This document shows positions 42,563 to 54,746 of a DNA stretch of 64,000 nt, in pieces. The notes below the pieces were generated by a model. The model was not told the origin of the DNA. It was given only the letters and a program-made list of their open reading frames with translations, and did no database searches. How positions within the stretch are numbered: the stretch's first letter is position 1; each line of letters begins with the position of its first letter. The DNA lies in NCBI RefSeq assembly GCF_006345805.1, contig NC_043012.1, positions 17,050,001 through 17,114,000 on the forward strand, given 5' to 3'. Origin of the DNA: Octopus sinensis. Its lineage: Eukaryota. Made by a program: the position numbers and the translations under genes.

Positions 42563-43012
42563 ATATATACATATATACATGTATATACCATACAATCTAT
42601 AATATATATATACATATATATATATATTATTACATACATATATATATACATATATACATTTACATATATATATATACATATACATATATATATCCACCAC
42701 ACACACATATATTATATATATATATATATACGTAAAATATATGTGTGTGAGTGTGTATGAATATTTGTGCTGATTTTAAATACGGTAGAACGTAATAACG
42801 TATTTACACACTCACACACACATATATACACACTCACACATATATATATTTATATATCTAAATTATTATTTGATACACATATTAATATAAACATTTATAG
42901 GCGTGCATGTATGTATGTGTGTGTGCTTGCGTGTGTAGGAAATGACGCAAACAATGAGAAAGAATCATTTATACCTATCTACCTACCTGCCTACCTACAT
43001 ATGTATGTATAC

Positions 43013-43043
<31 letters not shown>

Positions 43044-43128
43044 TACATATATATACGAATATATATATACATGTGCGTGTGTTTATACGTTTCATACAGC
43101 CATATACACAAATCTATAAGTTGTATTA

Positions 43129-43196
<68 letters not shown>

Positions 43197-43200
43197 TGTA
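41250..43200. repeat. Degenerate (TA)n/(ATAC)n microsatellite field
   Basis: Directly visible. Confidence 0.95.
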
Positions 43201-43281
43201 GGTCCCGGGTTGAGTCGGGGTTAACCACAGTAAATAAGGTACTCAATACATAGCAGAGTAAATTAATTATTTTTATAGAAA

Positions 43282-43330
43282 GCTTCTACAGGACTAGAAC
43301 TGTTTCATTCAAAAGAAATCATCAGGAAGC
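43282..43330 (-). ncRNA. Minimal type I hammerhead ribozyme with intact core
   Basis: Minus strand: gcttc CTGATGA t-ttc-tttt-gaa-t GAAA cag-ttctagtc-ctg TA gaagc. It has a 5-bp stem I, a short stem II, a stem III and a GUA cleavage triplet. Confidence 0.8.
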
Positions 43331-43374
43331 CTGATGATTTCTTTTGAATGAAACGGTTCTAGTCCTGTAGAAGC
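43331..43374 (+). ncRNA. Mirror-image hammerhead lacking the 5' strand of stem I
   Basis: CTGATGA tttcttttgaat GAAA cgg-ttctagtc-ctg TA gaagc, an inverted copy of 43282-43325. Confidence 0.65.
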
Positions 43375-43865
43375 TCCTTCTATAAAATAAATATATATAC
43401 ATATATATATATACATTTTTTATTTCGGTCACGTTAGTCTCTCTTGTTACTTTGCTGCTTTAAAGTTTCGGCTGTGATTTCAGAAGTTCATGAATCACGT
43501 TATGAGTCCTAAGTTGCTTGGCGTGCCTATGAACATACAGTCGAAACTCCATAGGGGACGGAAACCGAATCAAATAAAATGCAAATTTTATTAAACCCCA
43601 CTAATAATATATTCTGTGCTCTTTGTTACGACAGTCAATACTAAACGCGACGTTTCGATACAGTTGTTTTTCTATTTCTCCACGATTCCTTTCCCCTTTC
43701 TTTTTCCTATCTTTGACTGTCATTTCTTAAAAAAAAAGTATAAATCATGGAAAGCAAAAGATATTTACTTATATCCACCCCCATTTCCTGAGCATCAGCT
43801 AATACATTCTGTATTCGAGTTTTTAAAAACTTACCTGTGATTTGCATTTCGGAGTTTTACCCTAT

Positions 43866-43964
<99 letters not shown>

Positions 43965-43999
43965 GTATGTATGCTTGTATGTATATTATATATTTATAT

Positions 44000-44860
44000 A
44001 TCAGGTCATCCCATAAGTTCTGTCCGAACTTTGAATAAAGAAAACAAGTGATCAAATGTTATATTTAATTGAAATTTAATCATCAATGTACTTTCCATGA
44101 TTTTCTATGATTTCCTTACATCTATTTACAAGCTTTTTAATCCCGTCAATGTAAAACTCTTTTGGTTTCAAATCGAAGAACTCTGAAATGTCAGTTTGGA
44201 CCTCCTCCTGGCTTGCGAAATTTATGTCCCCCAAATGATCCTGTAAGCTCGAAACAAATGGTAGTCTGAAGGAGCAAGGTCGGGAGAATAAGGTGGATGA
44301 AGAATTTTTTCCCAGCCAAGCTCTTCGATCTTCTGTGATGTGATCTTTGCAGTGTAGGGTCGCGCATTTTTCTGATGAAGCATCACTCCTTTTCGATTCA
44401 CTAAAGCGGGTCTTTTTTACTTTAAAGCTTGATTCAAACGCTCTAATTGCTGACAGTAGACTAGAGCATTGATTGTTGTATAAGGTGGTAACAATTCTAA
44501 GTGAATTACTTATTTGCAATCCCACCAGATAGAGAGAAGAACCTTCTCCCCATGAAGTTCCCTCACATTCAAAAACTGTTTTAGAAGCACAAACTTTCAT
44601 TTGTCAGCACTGATAGAACATTTGCTACGGCTTTGTCGAAGTTTACATGAACCTTGCATGAGAAAAGTTCTCACGAATTCAAAATTATCCAGAGTATTAC
44701 AGATAGTGCTCAACCGTACGGGAACGGGGGCTTCAAATCAAGGATGCGGTTTGACTTTTGTCTGGATGATAAATTCAGAATTTTAACCCAAGGCAATAAT
44801 AGTTTGAACAAAAGACCGATCTATTAACGCCTTGTATACACGCGGCTAATTATCTTACAT
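44000..44860 (-). mobile_element. Mariner relic (C-terminus and 3' TIR)
   Basis: HLGDINFASQEEVQTDISEFFDLKPKEFYIDGIKKLVNRCKEIIENHGKYIDD. TIR-like tatcaggtcatcccataagttctgtccg. Confidence 0.85.
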
Positions 44861-44983
44861 GTAAATACAAAACTCCTTGAATTTTGTTCTGCCTCAGGAA
44901 AAAAAAAAAGGTTGGGTTCGAAAGGTTTTATGGTTAAATATTTTAATATGTGTGGGTGCGTGTCCATGATGCGTTTGTGCATA

Positions 44984-45199
44984 TGAGAGGTTGCTGAAAA
45001 GTTCTTGGCTTTGGGTAAAAGAAATACAGAAAGATCAGTTAATTATGATTTTATTGAACATATTTCTCTCTTAGATTCACACATTTATTGCAGCGGTTTT
45101 TCTCTTTCTCTAATCCCCGTAAAAGAACTCGAAAAGTTGGGCCTACAACCAGACCTTTCGCGACACCCTTAAAGCCAGGAACTTTTCAGCTCCCCCTCG
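44984..45199. mobile_element. Mariner-derived MITE
   Basis: TIRs gagaggttgctgaaaagttcttggcttt and aaagccaggaacttttcagctccccctc. Confidence 0.8.
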
Positions 45200-45301
45200 A
45201 ATATGCTTATGTGCATATGTATACATGAACATATAATTCTGTGCACCCACACACATACACACACACACTCACACACACAGGTATGTATATATTTTTTGTG
45301 C

Positions 45302-45540
45302 GAGCTGGCAGAAACGTTAGCGCGCCGGGCGAAATGCTTTGCGGTATTTCGTCTGCCGCTACGTACTAGGTTCAAATTCCGCCGAGGTCGACTTTGCCTT
45401 TCATCCTTTCGGGGTCGATTAAATAAGTACCAGTTACGCACTGGGGTCGACATAATCGACTTGATCCCTTTGTCTGTCCTTGTTTGTCCCCTCTGTGTTT
45501 TGTCCCCTCTGTGTTTAGCCCCTTGTGGGTAGTAAAGAAA
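45302..45540 (+). mobile_element. Young family B SINE with 16-bp TSD
   Basis: TSD tatatattttttgtgc at 45286-45301 and 45541-45556. Confidence 0.9.
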
Positions 45541-45743
45541 TATATATTTTTTGTGCCTGCATGTATGTGTGCGTGTATGAATGTGCACGGGCGCACGCAA
45601 AATGAACACCCTCATACACACACACTGTTTTTCTTTAAAAAAAAAACTTGATTAAGAGTAGCAGTTAAAGATATTATTTTGGAACATTACTTAAACTGCA
45701 ACGCAATTTTATCACTTCGCTTGTAATGGAATTCATAACGTTT

Positions 45744-46114
45744 AATAATTTAATAGTCTTATGCACACATATCAGCACAGGAGAATTAAAAATTACTGCC
45801 GATTTTAGCAGTTTTGTAACTTCTTGCGGAACCCTGGACTGTACTGGCGGAACCCTAAGGTTCCGCGGAACCCTGGTTGAAAACCACTGCTCTATACTAA
45901 CAAAGCCACGACATGCCTGAATAATAGCCACAACGTGACAAATAACAATAACAAATGAAGATATGACCAGTTTAGACTTACCATCTGCATAAGTCCCTTT
46001 GCAGAAAAATGTCGACACACCCAGTTACTAATGGCTTAAATGCTGGATGGACTTTGTCAAAGCAAAAAGACTTAGTCCAATAATGCTAAAAGCAGTAAAA
46101 ATACTGTTACACCT
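45744..46114 (+). repeat. Local segmental duplication of 47927-48280 (hAT MITE right half plus flank)
   Basis: Colinear high-identity match that includes the MITE end and ~220 bp of flank. Confidence 0.9.
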
Positions 46115-47540
46115 ATTATTACGAGAACCAGAAAAGGAAATCAAACGCCTGAGTTTTTAGCTTTCGAAAAGCTAAAAACAAATTGCTGTGTGTCTGCGTT
46201 TGTATAACACGGATTCAAAGATACACATACACACGCACACACACACATACACACACACACATCTGTGTATCTTTGTGATTTTGTTCTACACCACCCGTCT
46301 ATCAAATCCATTCATAAAGCCATAATAGAAGACAGTTGCTCTGGGGTGCCACGCAGTAGGACTGAATCGCAGGGTTGGAAAGCAAACTTCTTACCACACA
46401 GCCACACAGACAGCCATATATATATATATATATATGTGCTAATATGAAAAGTGTATAAAGCTGTATATATCTTTTATACATTAGCTGTAGCTAAAACTTT
46501 GATGTGTAAACATATACTCAGATATCTAGTACACACACACACACCACACACACACATAAAGGCATGTATACATACATACGCACAGACACGTTATGATTAT
46601 AACAACAACAAAAAAAAAACAATGGAATATAAAAGAAACCTACGAAAATATATTATTATAAAGATGAAAAATTGGACGAAAAAAATGACTGAAGGCAAAA
46701 TGGAAGAAAAAAGACAAAAAATCCCCCAAAAACAGACATAAAAACTTCGAAAATATATAAATAAATATATGTAATAGAACAAAATATTATATTATGTCTA
46801 TTTAGGGAAAATGCAATCATTTATAAATGTTTGAGAAGTTGCTTAAAGGATAAAGAAGAAATTCTTTATAAGTTGTTGATCTATACACACACACACACAC
46901 ACACATGTGTATGTATGAATTCTCTTGACTAAAGCAAAGTTTAATTTGTTCTTGTAATATGAGATACAATCTCTATTGTGGTCATTCTTCCCCCCTCTCT
47001 GTTCGTCTCTCTATTCTTTTACACACACACACACACGTGGGACTTGATGTATCTTTGTGTATTATATATTATATATATATATTATATATATATATTGATG
47101 TTCGTTTTGTGTTCATTTCTAATAAAAACTATTTTACGTTAATCTGATGGATTACTCTTTACTTTTGTAGAGTACAAATTTATCATTATTATACAAGAAT
47201 ATTATTGCCAGTGACTTCGAAGTTTCGGTAAGCTCTAATGTAATTTTGATTAAATTACATTATATTTTTGTTGCCATTTTTATACAGGAATAGTGCGACT
47301 CATGTAGAAGGTCATACACAACTTCTATATCTGCCCCACTTTAGCATATATCTAGAACAGAATTTGAATAAAATTTTATAAACAAACATCAAACAAACTC
47401 CACAAAACAGGAAAGTTAAAATCCCTTTATATTAATCAAAAGTGCTTATAGAATGAACACTTGGAGGGAAACATAAACATACAACTTTTACTCACACACT
47501 ATTGTGAACATTAAAGCAGAAGAGAAACATCTTTCTATAC

Positions 47541-47759
47541 CAGTGCTTTTCAAACTTTTTGCTGGAGCGGAACCCCAAGGAAACATTCCACTGGCTCGAG
47601 GAACCCCTGTGCAATAATTTAATAGTCTTATGCACACATATCTGCACAGGAGAATTCAAGATTACTGCCGATTTTAGCAGTTTTGTAACTTCTTGCGGAA
47701 CCTCTGGACTGTACTGGAGGAACCCTAAGGTTCCGCGGAACCCTGGATGAAAACCACTG
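47541..47759 (+). mobile_element. hAT (Charlie-like) MITE, copy 1
   Basis: TIR cagtgcttttca / tgaaaaccactg, subterminal ggaaccc repeats, 8-bp flanks. Confidence 0.9.
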
Positions 47760-47854
47760 ATCTAAATAGTTGCTTGACTTGCTAGAAATAGTAGTCAAAT
47801 CTCCCTCAGATCACACATTTCAATTGTAATGGACCAATGACAGATCATCTAAAT

Positions 47855-48055
47855 CAGTGCTTTTCAAACTTTTTGCAGGAGCGGAACCCCAAGGAAACAT
47901 TCCACTGGCTCGAGGAACCCCTGTGCAATAATTTAATAGTCTTATGCACACATATCTGCACAGGAGAATTAAAAATTACTGGCGATTTTAGCAGTTTTGT
48001 AACTTCTTGCGGAACCCCTGGACTGTACTGGCGTAACCCTGGTTGAAAACCACTG
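47855..48055 (+). mobile_element. hAT (Charlie-like) MITE, copy 2
   Basis: Near-identical to copy 1, with a short deletion between ggaaccct repeats. Confidence 0.9.
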
Positions 48056-48518
48056 TTCTATACTAACAAATCCACGACATGCCTGAATAATAGCCACAAC
48101 GTGACAAATAACAATAACTAATGAAGTTATGACCAGTCTAGACTTACCATCTACCTACGTCCCTTTGCGGAAAAATGTTGACACACCCAGTTGCTAACGG
48201 CTTAAATGCTGGATGGACTTTTTCAAAGCATAAAGACTTAGTCCAATAATGCTAAAAGCAGTAAAAATACTGTCACACCTTGTGTCTAAATTAACACAAG
48301 AGAAACACCTGCAGGTTTGTTTCTAAAGTTCTACATGCATCAATAAACTCTAAGCAATAACATAAATCTAATTCAATCAGTAAAAACTTTTCCCAAAAGA
48401 CATTCCTATAATAACCGACCATAAAAACCTAATTACCAGCCCCACTCAAACCCACACACCCAAAGAGGATTTTAACTCAACAGAGATTATATAAAGGCAA
48501 CACTAACTCTAATGCATC

Positions 48519-48563
48519 GCAGTCCGATGATGGCTTAGCTGGCCGAAACTTCGAAGTCACTGC
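48519..48563 (+). ncRNA. Type I hammerhead ribozyme motif with palindromic stem III (U4C core variant)
   Basis: gcagt CCGATGA t-ggc-ttagctg-gcc GAAA cttcgaag TC actgc. Perfect 5-bp stem I and a GUC triplet. Confidence 0.8.
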
Positions 48564-48648
48564 CAACATCATTCTTACATAATAAAATAATAATATAATA
48601 ATAATAATATAATAATAATAATAATAATGATAATAATAATAATAATAT

Positions 48649-48781
<133 letters not shown>

Positions 48782-48798
48782 ATATATATACACACACG

Positions 48799-49080
48799 CG
48801 AGGGGAAGTCAAAAATGATCCGCACACTCCTCATAACATATCTTTATTATTATTGTCACACTGCTTTCTGTGCATGCGTGCTTATAGTTGGTATGGTACT
48901 ATTGTGTACTCGTGATCGAAGTTTGAGCCTGATTATACCATTTTCTTTCTGGCTTTATAGTGTAAGCATAGCCATTCCGCTTGCAATGTGCACGAAAGAA
49001 GAACAAAGAGCAGTGATCTGAGAAATGGTAATGGTGAACCGATTCATAAAAATTTATCTCTGACATAATGAAATTAAAAC
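48799..49080 (+). mobile_element. Mariner 5' end (TIR and transposase start)
   Basis: TIR cgaggggaagtcaaaaatgatccgca and PLAMCTKEEQRAVI. Same family as 50327-51437. Confidence 0.75.
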
Positions 49081-49835
49081 ATATTTCACAGTCCCACACG
49101 TCTCGCATTTCTTTTGCGCTTCAGTGTATTTACTTCGATCAATGGCGTGGGAAGATGGAGGCGGAACGGTTTATTCTAGCAAACCGACCCGAAGCTTAAA
49201 CAGGTACGGGGCAGACACTTATATTTTTTTATGTCTGGTAGTTATTCTATCGTTCTCTTTGCCGAATCGCTATGTGGCGAGAATTTAAGGTAAACCAACA
49301 CTGGCTATCAAGCGGCAAGGAAGGGCCAAACACAAACACAAACACAAACACACTTGCCCAAAGTGTCACACTGTTGTCCCGAACCCGAAACCTCCCGAGT
49401 GCAAAGCGAACATCTTAACCCCACAGCCATGTCTGGGACTTGTAGCGTGTAATTTGGGGGAATTTTTAGCTGTTATTTCTAGAGGTTCAAGCCACCCGAT
49501 AGATAGTCTTCTTCGTTGGCTCCTTTCACTTTAATTAAGATCTATATTTAGATACATCAGTTTGATCTAGGATGCAGGGGACGACAGCGATAGACTCAAG
49601 TCTTCTTATAATCACTATTAATTGCTTCCAGGTGGTCGCTTGACCTGCAAAGAAATAACAACAGGATCTTCCACAGATTACGCATTGATACCTTCAGAAA
49701 GGGAGGTCACACTCAATAATTTAATTCTAAATATATAACACCCGAAATAAAAACGTAGTGTACGCACGTTTGGAATTGCTTTTAATCATAGATCTTTTCA
49801 ATCACGGCTGAGGCAGGTCAACACAATACCAACAA

Positions 49836-49878
<43 letters not shown>

Positions 49879-50326
49879 TATAGTAAATACGTGTCACCAA
49901 GTGGTTATTGTGTTGCACTTACGATCGCAAGATGGTGGTTTCGATTCCCAGAGCAGCCGTTTCGCTGTGTTCTGAAGCAAAACGCTTCATTTTACATTGC
50001 ATGAGTCTACTTAGCCGTAAAAGGGTCACCCTGAAACGCGCTGGCGTTCCGTTCAGGAGGAATGTTGGCTTACTCCCATAGCCACACGGGAGGCATTATT
50101 CGAAAGTTAAAACGATGCAAGAAAAACGCATTGTGGTAGCCAGTAGTGCATACTAATATCCGATACCTCGGCCAAGGAGTGAAATTGAACCAGTGCGTGT
50201 GTTAATAATATTAGCATTATGACATTCCTTTGACACAAAAAAATACACACATGCATATGTGTGTATATAAGTATGCATGTATGTATGTGTGAGTGTGTGT
50301 GTGTGTGCTGGTATGTATGTATGTAT

Positions 50327-51437
50327 CAAGAGTAAGTAAAAAATTATACGCACTCTTGTTTCTATAATTTATTAGAACAAAAGCAAACGCCGAACAGTTA
50401 CATAATTTTTACGACATATTCTTGCTTTCCGAAGCACTTCTTGCAGCGATCCTCAACCTCTCTTATTTCATCGGAGAAGGTGTTCGGCTCGACGCACAGC
50501 TCTTTGTGCACCGCTTCCTGTGCTTCTTCATCCGTCGCAAACCAATAGCCTCATAAGGATGTTTAAACGTTCCAAAGAAGCGATAGTCAGAAGGGACGAG
50601 ATGCGGACAGTATGCAGGGTGTTCCAGCAACTCGAAACCCAATTTTTCAATGGTGTCAGTGGTGTAGCTGGCCACATGCGGCCGTGCTTTGTGGTTTAAC
50701 AATACTTGCCTTGATAATAGACCTCGGCGTTTGGTGCGTTTCACTGTAGCCTAGAGGGATGACTACTGACCCCTTTTCCAGACAATATTCCAGTATGGCC
50801 CCTTTTGCTTCTCCCAAAATGGTTTGCATCACTTTTCTACGGAAGGTTGAGTCTTGAATTTCTGTTCTGCTGACGATTCCGTCTCTTTCCACTCCAGACT
50901 CTTCATTTTGGATTCTGGCTCAAAGTGACGGACCCAGGTCTAACCTCCTGTTACTGTTCTTTCCTAAAAAGCTTCGCCTTTATCATTGTAGCGGTCGAGC
51001 AAGTGCTGACAGGTCTCCACACCATTGCGCTTATGCGTTTCCGTAAGCTGTCTTGGTACCCATCTAGCACAGACTTTATGGAAGCAAAGCTTGACGTGAA
51101 TAATTTCGTCTGAAGAACCATGAATAATTTGCAAAGAATATGCTACTCCATCGATGGTTACTCGTCGGTTCACCAGAACTATCACGCGAGCTTGTTGAAT
51201 CTACGCATCTTTGAGTGAGGTTGACGGGCATCCTGCTCCCTCTTCGTGCTTCACACTTGTCCGGCCGTTTCTAAACTCCTCAGACTACTCATACACACTT
51301 CTAGACGGCAGAGCGCTGTCTCCATATTGTACAGATAACTTGCAATGAATTTCAGCCCCAGCCACACCTTCAGACCGGAAAAATCGAATCTCTGGTCTCT
51401 GTTCTTCCTTGGTGCTCACTGCCAGCGGAGCGGCCAT
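50327..51437 (-). mobile_element. Near full-length decayed mariner transposase (irritans-like)
   Basis: MAAPLAVSTKEEQR..., CARWVPRQL and HPAYCPHLVPSDY (YSPDLAP.D motif), with stops and frameshifts. The 3' TIR is at 50327. Confidence 0.9.
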
Positions 51438-51470
51438 ATTTACTCCGTAAATATAATAATAATAATAATT

Positions 51471-52580
51471 ATGCCTTCAGAACGTCCGACGACGGAGTGT
51501 TCCTCCACACCAGGGCTGATGGTGGATTGTTCAATCTTGCGCGCCTCAGAGCTAAGACCAAAGTCCGTCAGGTGCTGATCAGAGAGATCCTCTTTGCTGA
51601 CGATGCCGCCCTAACATCACGCAACCAGCCGGGTCTCCAGAGGCTGGTCAGCTCCCTGGCGGATGCCTGCCAAGAGTTCGGCCTTACCATCGGCCTGAAA
51701 AAGACAGAGATCATGGGCCAGGACGTCGGAGGGGTCCCCGGCATCAGTGTCGGCGACCACAGTTTGCAGGTGGTGAACGAGTTCACTTACCTGGGATCGA
51801 CGGTCTCCAGCAGCCTGTCCCTCGAGCCGGAGCTGACAGACGGATTGGAAGGCTGCTGCTGCATGGCTAAGCTCTCCAGGAGAGTGTGGGAAAACAACAT
51901 GCTCACAATAACCACCAAGATCGCAGTACCGAGCCTGCGTGCTGAGCACCCTACTCTACAGCAGCGAGAGCTGGACAACATACACCCGGCAAGAATGCCG
52001 CTCAGCGGCTTCCACATGCGGTGTTCTTCGACGGATCCTTGGCATCTCCTGGAAGGACCGAGTACCAAACGGAGTCATCCTAGAACAGACTAATATGCCA
52101 AGCATGCATGCCCTCCTCGTGCGGAGACGACTGCGCTGGCTCGGACACGTCTGCCGCATGCAGGACGGTCGCATGCCTAAAGACATCCTGTACAGCGAAC
52201 TCACCACGGGATCCCGACCCAAGGGACGTCCACAGCTACGATACAGGGATGTGTGCAAGCGCGACCTGAGGACTGCCAACATCTGTGTGGACACGTGGGA
52301 GGTAATAGCTGCTGACCGCTCTGCCTGGCGTCGGACACGTGAGGAAAGGCGTTTCCATGGTTGAGGAAAGGAGAGCACAGCTGTGGTCGGACAGGCGGGA
52401 CAGGAGGAGGACAACTGCAGCAACACCCCCACACGTACCCATCGATGTTCGTGTACAGCAACTGTACCAGGGACTGCACTCTAGAATTGGACTGTTCAGT
52501 CACAGCAGACGCTGCTTCATCATCAAAGTAGGCCCCACCCTTGGCGCGACCATTGCCTATCAGACAGACGGGAGAGAGAG
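51471..52580 (+). mobile_element. RTE/BovB-like LINE, 5'-truncated, GC-rich, frameshifted
   Basis: LFNLARLRAKTKV...LFADDAAL, FTYLGS, TLLYSSESW, RRLRWLGHVCRM..GRMPK..LYSEL and SRIGLFSH. Flanked by (AAT)n on both sides. Confidence 0.93.
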
Positions 52581-52601
52581 AATAATAATATAATAATAAT
52601 G

Positions 52602-52678
<77 letters not shown>

Positions 52679-53230
52679 GCCCTGATGCAGTACCAGGCAG
52701 AGGCTCTCATGGCTTCTGATCTTAACTGATTGGAAGTGGTATCATGTACATTGTTCTGTCTTGGTATAAAAGATGGGCTACAGCAAATATTCTGCTCAAT
52801 ACCACAGATTTGCTTGTCAGTTGTTTGACCTTAACCAGTTGAGCATGTCCTTAGTGGCTGACAATACGTGCATCTCTGATCACGAGCAGAAGTAGTGGGG
52901 GAGCATCATGGCCATGTGTTGAGAGGGATTCTTTGGAGTTTGAATAATTCACCTCTGGAAACATAGGTGTTTCGTTCAACATCCTAAAGCAACCCTTATT
53001 CAGGGACTTTTGAGCGGGATGGGCTACTCAACCTGAAAGAAAATTCTAACTGGGCCCCACCTGCAAGGTCATGTGCTGTTTATCTTGATATGAGATCACC
53101 ATGTCGCGCACATATGGTTGTGATGCATGTGCCTGGTGTACCTTTATCAGCGGGTAGTCATGATGGGTATATTGGGCTCGTATATTTTACCCCAGTGTCA
53201 ATTTGAAGGGCATGAACTGCTCTCTCACTC
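52679..53230 (+). mobile_element. ~550-bp non-coding element embedded in (AAT)n
   Basis: Bounded by (AAT)n on both sides, with a second partial copy at 37182-37418. No ORF and no obvious tRNA head. Confidence 0.75.
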
Positions 53231-53339
53231 AATAATAATAATATAATAAGACAATTTTAAAAAATCTTTTAAATTAAAAAAAATCTTATATAGTTATTTA
53301 TTTCTATTTGTTTATTTATCTGTGTATTTTATTTATTAC

Positions 53340-53597
53340 GTTTTCGGTTTTGTTTATATTGTAACCAGTTTATGGGGATCCTCTACCGTCATATGTTGTG
53401 GTGGGTGCTAGTGTTCCATTCCAGTTTCCTATTCAGGCTAGGTTTATCTTCTATTATGTGTGTAGCTTCTGTAATTTGTCTGATTGTTGCATCTGTTCTA
53501 TGTGTGGACAAGATTTTAACTTCTATGTTGTTGATTGATCCCCCGTGTTCCTGTTCGGCGTGTTGGTACAGAATCGATGAGCTTTTACCTTCTTAAG
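53340..53597 (-). mobile_element. Penelope-like GIY-YIG C-terminal fragment
   Basis: SSILYQHAEQEHGG...VKILSTHRTDATIRQITEATHIIEDKPSLNRKLEW. Confidence 0.65.
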
Positions 53598-53599
53598 AA

Positions 53600-53935
53600 C
53601 TCGCTGTCGTAGGATTGCGGTTTCGATTCCCAGACAGGGCATTGTGAGTATTTTTTTGAGCGAAAACACTTAAAGCTCCACAAGGCTCCGGCAGAGTGGG
53701 TGGGTATCGAACACTGCTGTACTCTTTCACCACAACATTCTCTCACTCTTTCTTCCTGTTACCGTTGTACCTGTATTTCAAAGCGCCAGCTTTGTCACAC
53801 TCTGTGTCACGCTGAATCTCCCACGAGGACTACGTTAAGAGTACATGTGTCTGTGGAGTGCTGAGCCACTTGCACGTTAAATTCACGAGCAGGCTGTTCC
53901 GTTGATCGGATTAAATGGAACCGACGGAATGCTAC
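53600..53935 (+). mobile_element. SINE family C, 5'-clipped
   Basis: Aligns with 29035-29383. Confidence 0.85.
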
Positions 53936-54034
53936 GACACCTGGATGGCAAATGCTTATCACCTGTTTTGGCGTCAATAATTTCAGTGTTGTTATAAGTC
54001 TATGCCAAAATTCTTGGATTAGTATTCTTTTCTT

Positions 54035-54425
54035 CTTATTTGTTTTTACTTGTTTCAGTCATTTCACTGTGGCCATGCTGGAACACCGCCTTTAGTCGAG
54101 CAAACCGACCCTAGGACTTATTCTTTGTAAGCCTAGTACTTATTCTATCTGTCTCTTTTACCGAACCGCTAAGTTACGGAGACGTAAGCACACCAACATC
54201 CGTTGTCAAGCGATGATGGTGGTGGTGGTGGTGGTGGGGAACACACAAATACACACACACACATATATATATGACGGGCTTCTTTCAGTTTCCGTTTACC
54301 AAATCCACTCACAAAAATAGGGTCAACCCGAGGCTATAGTAGAAGAGACTTGCCGAAGGTGCCACTGAACCCGGAACCATGTGGTTGGTAAGCAATCTAC
54401 TTACCACACAGCCACTCCTGCGCCT
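54035..54425 (-). mobile_element. Full-length SINE family A
   Basis: Reverse-complement match to 21119-21507. Confidence 0.9.
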
Positions 54426-54469
54426 ACAGTATTTATACTGTTTCAGCCTATGTACCATGTGATCATGTG

Positions 54470-54670
54470 AAGAATATTCCTATACCACCAAGGAAAGAGG
54501 ACATCAAGTATATTATCAATAAAGCGGAAAACGTCTTGGGCAGAATGAAATGAAAGATCTACTTTTTCGAAAAAGCTATGTACGGGAGACAGTTACGGTT
54601 TTAAGACCTTACAAAAATCCACCCCATATTAAAGACCTAGATAAAATTAGTTAAAAATGTCAAATTCAAC
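54470..54670 (+). mobile_element. Penelope-like ORF N-terminal relic
   Basis: KNIPIPPRKEDIKYIINKAENVLGRMK*KIYFF...YGFKT...PPHIKDL. Confidence 0.6.
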
Positions 54671-54693
54671 CATAAATCCAAGTTTCCATATAT

Positions 54694-54746
<53 letters not shown>

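Larger units (their letters stand above)
47183..48590 (+). mobile_element. Decayed Penelope-like element bounded by inverted pLTR segments
   Basis: ccgaaacttcgaagtcactg...attctt at 48543-48588 is mirrored at 47183-47228. The interior is A-rich and decayed. Confidence 0.6.
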
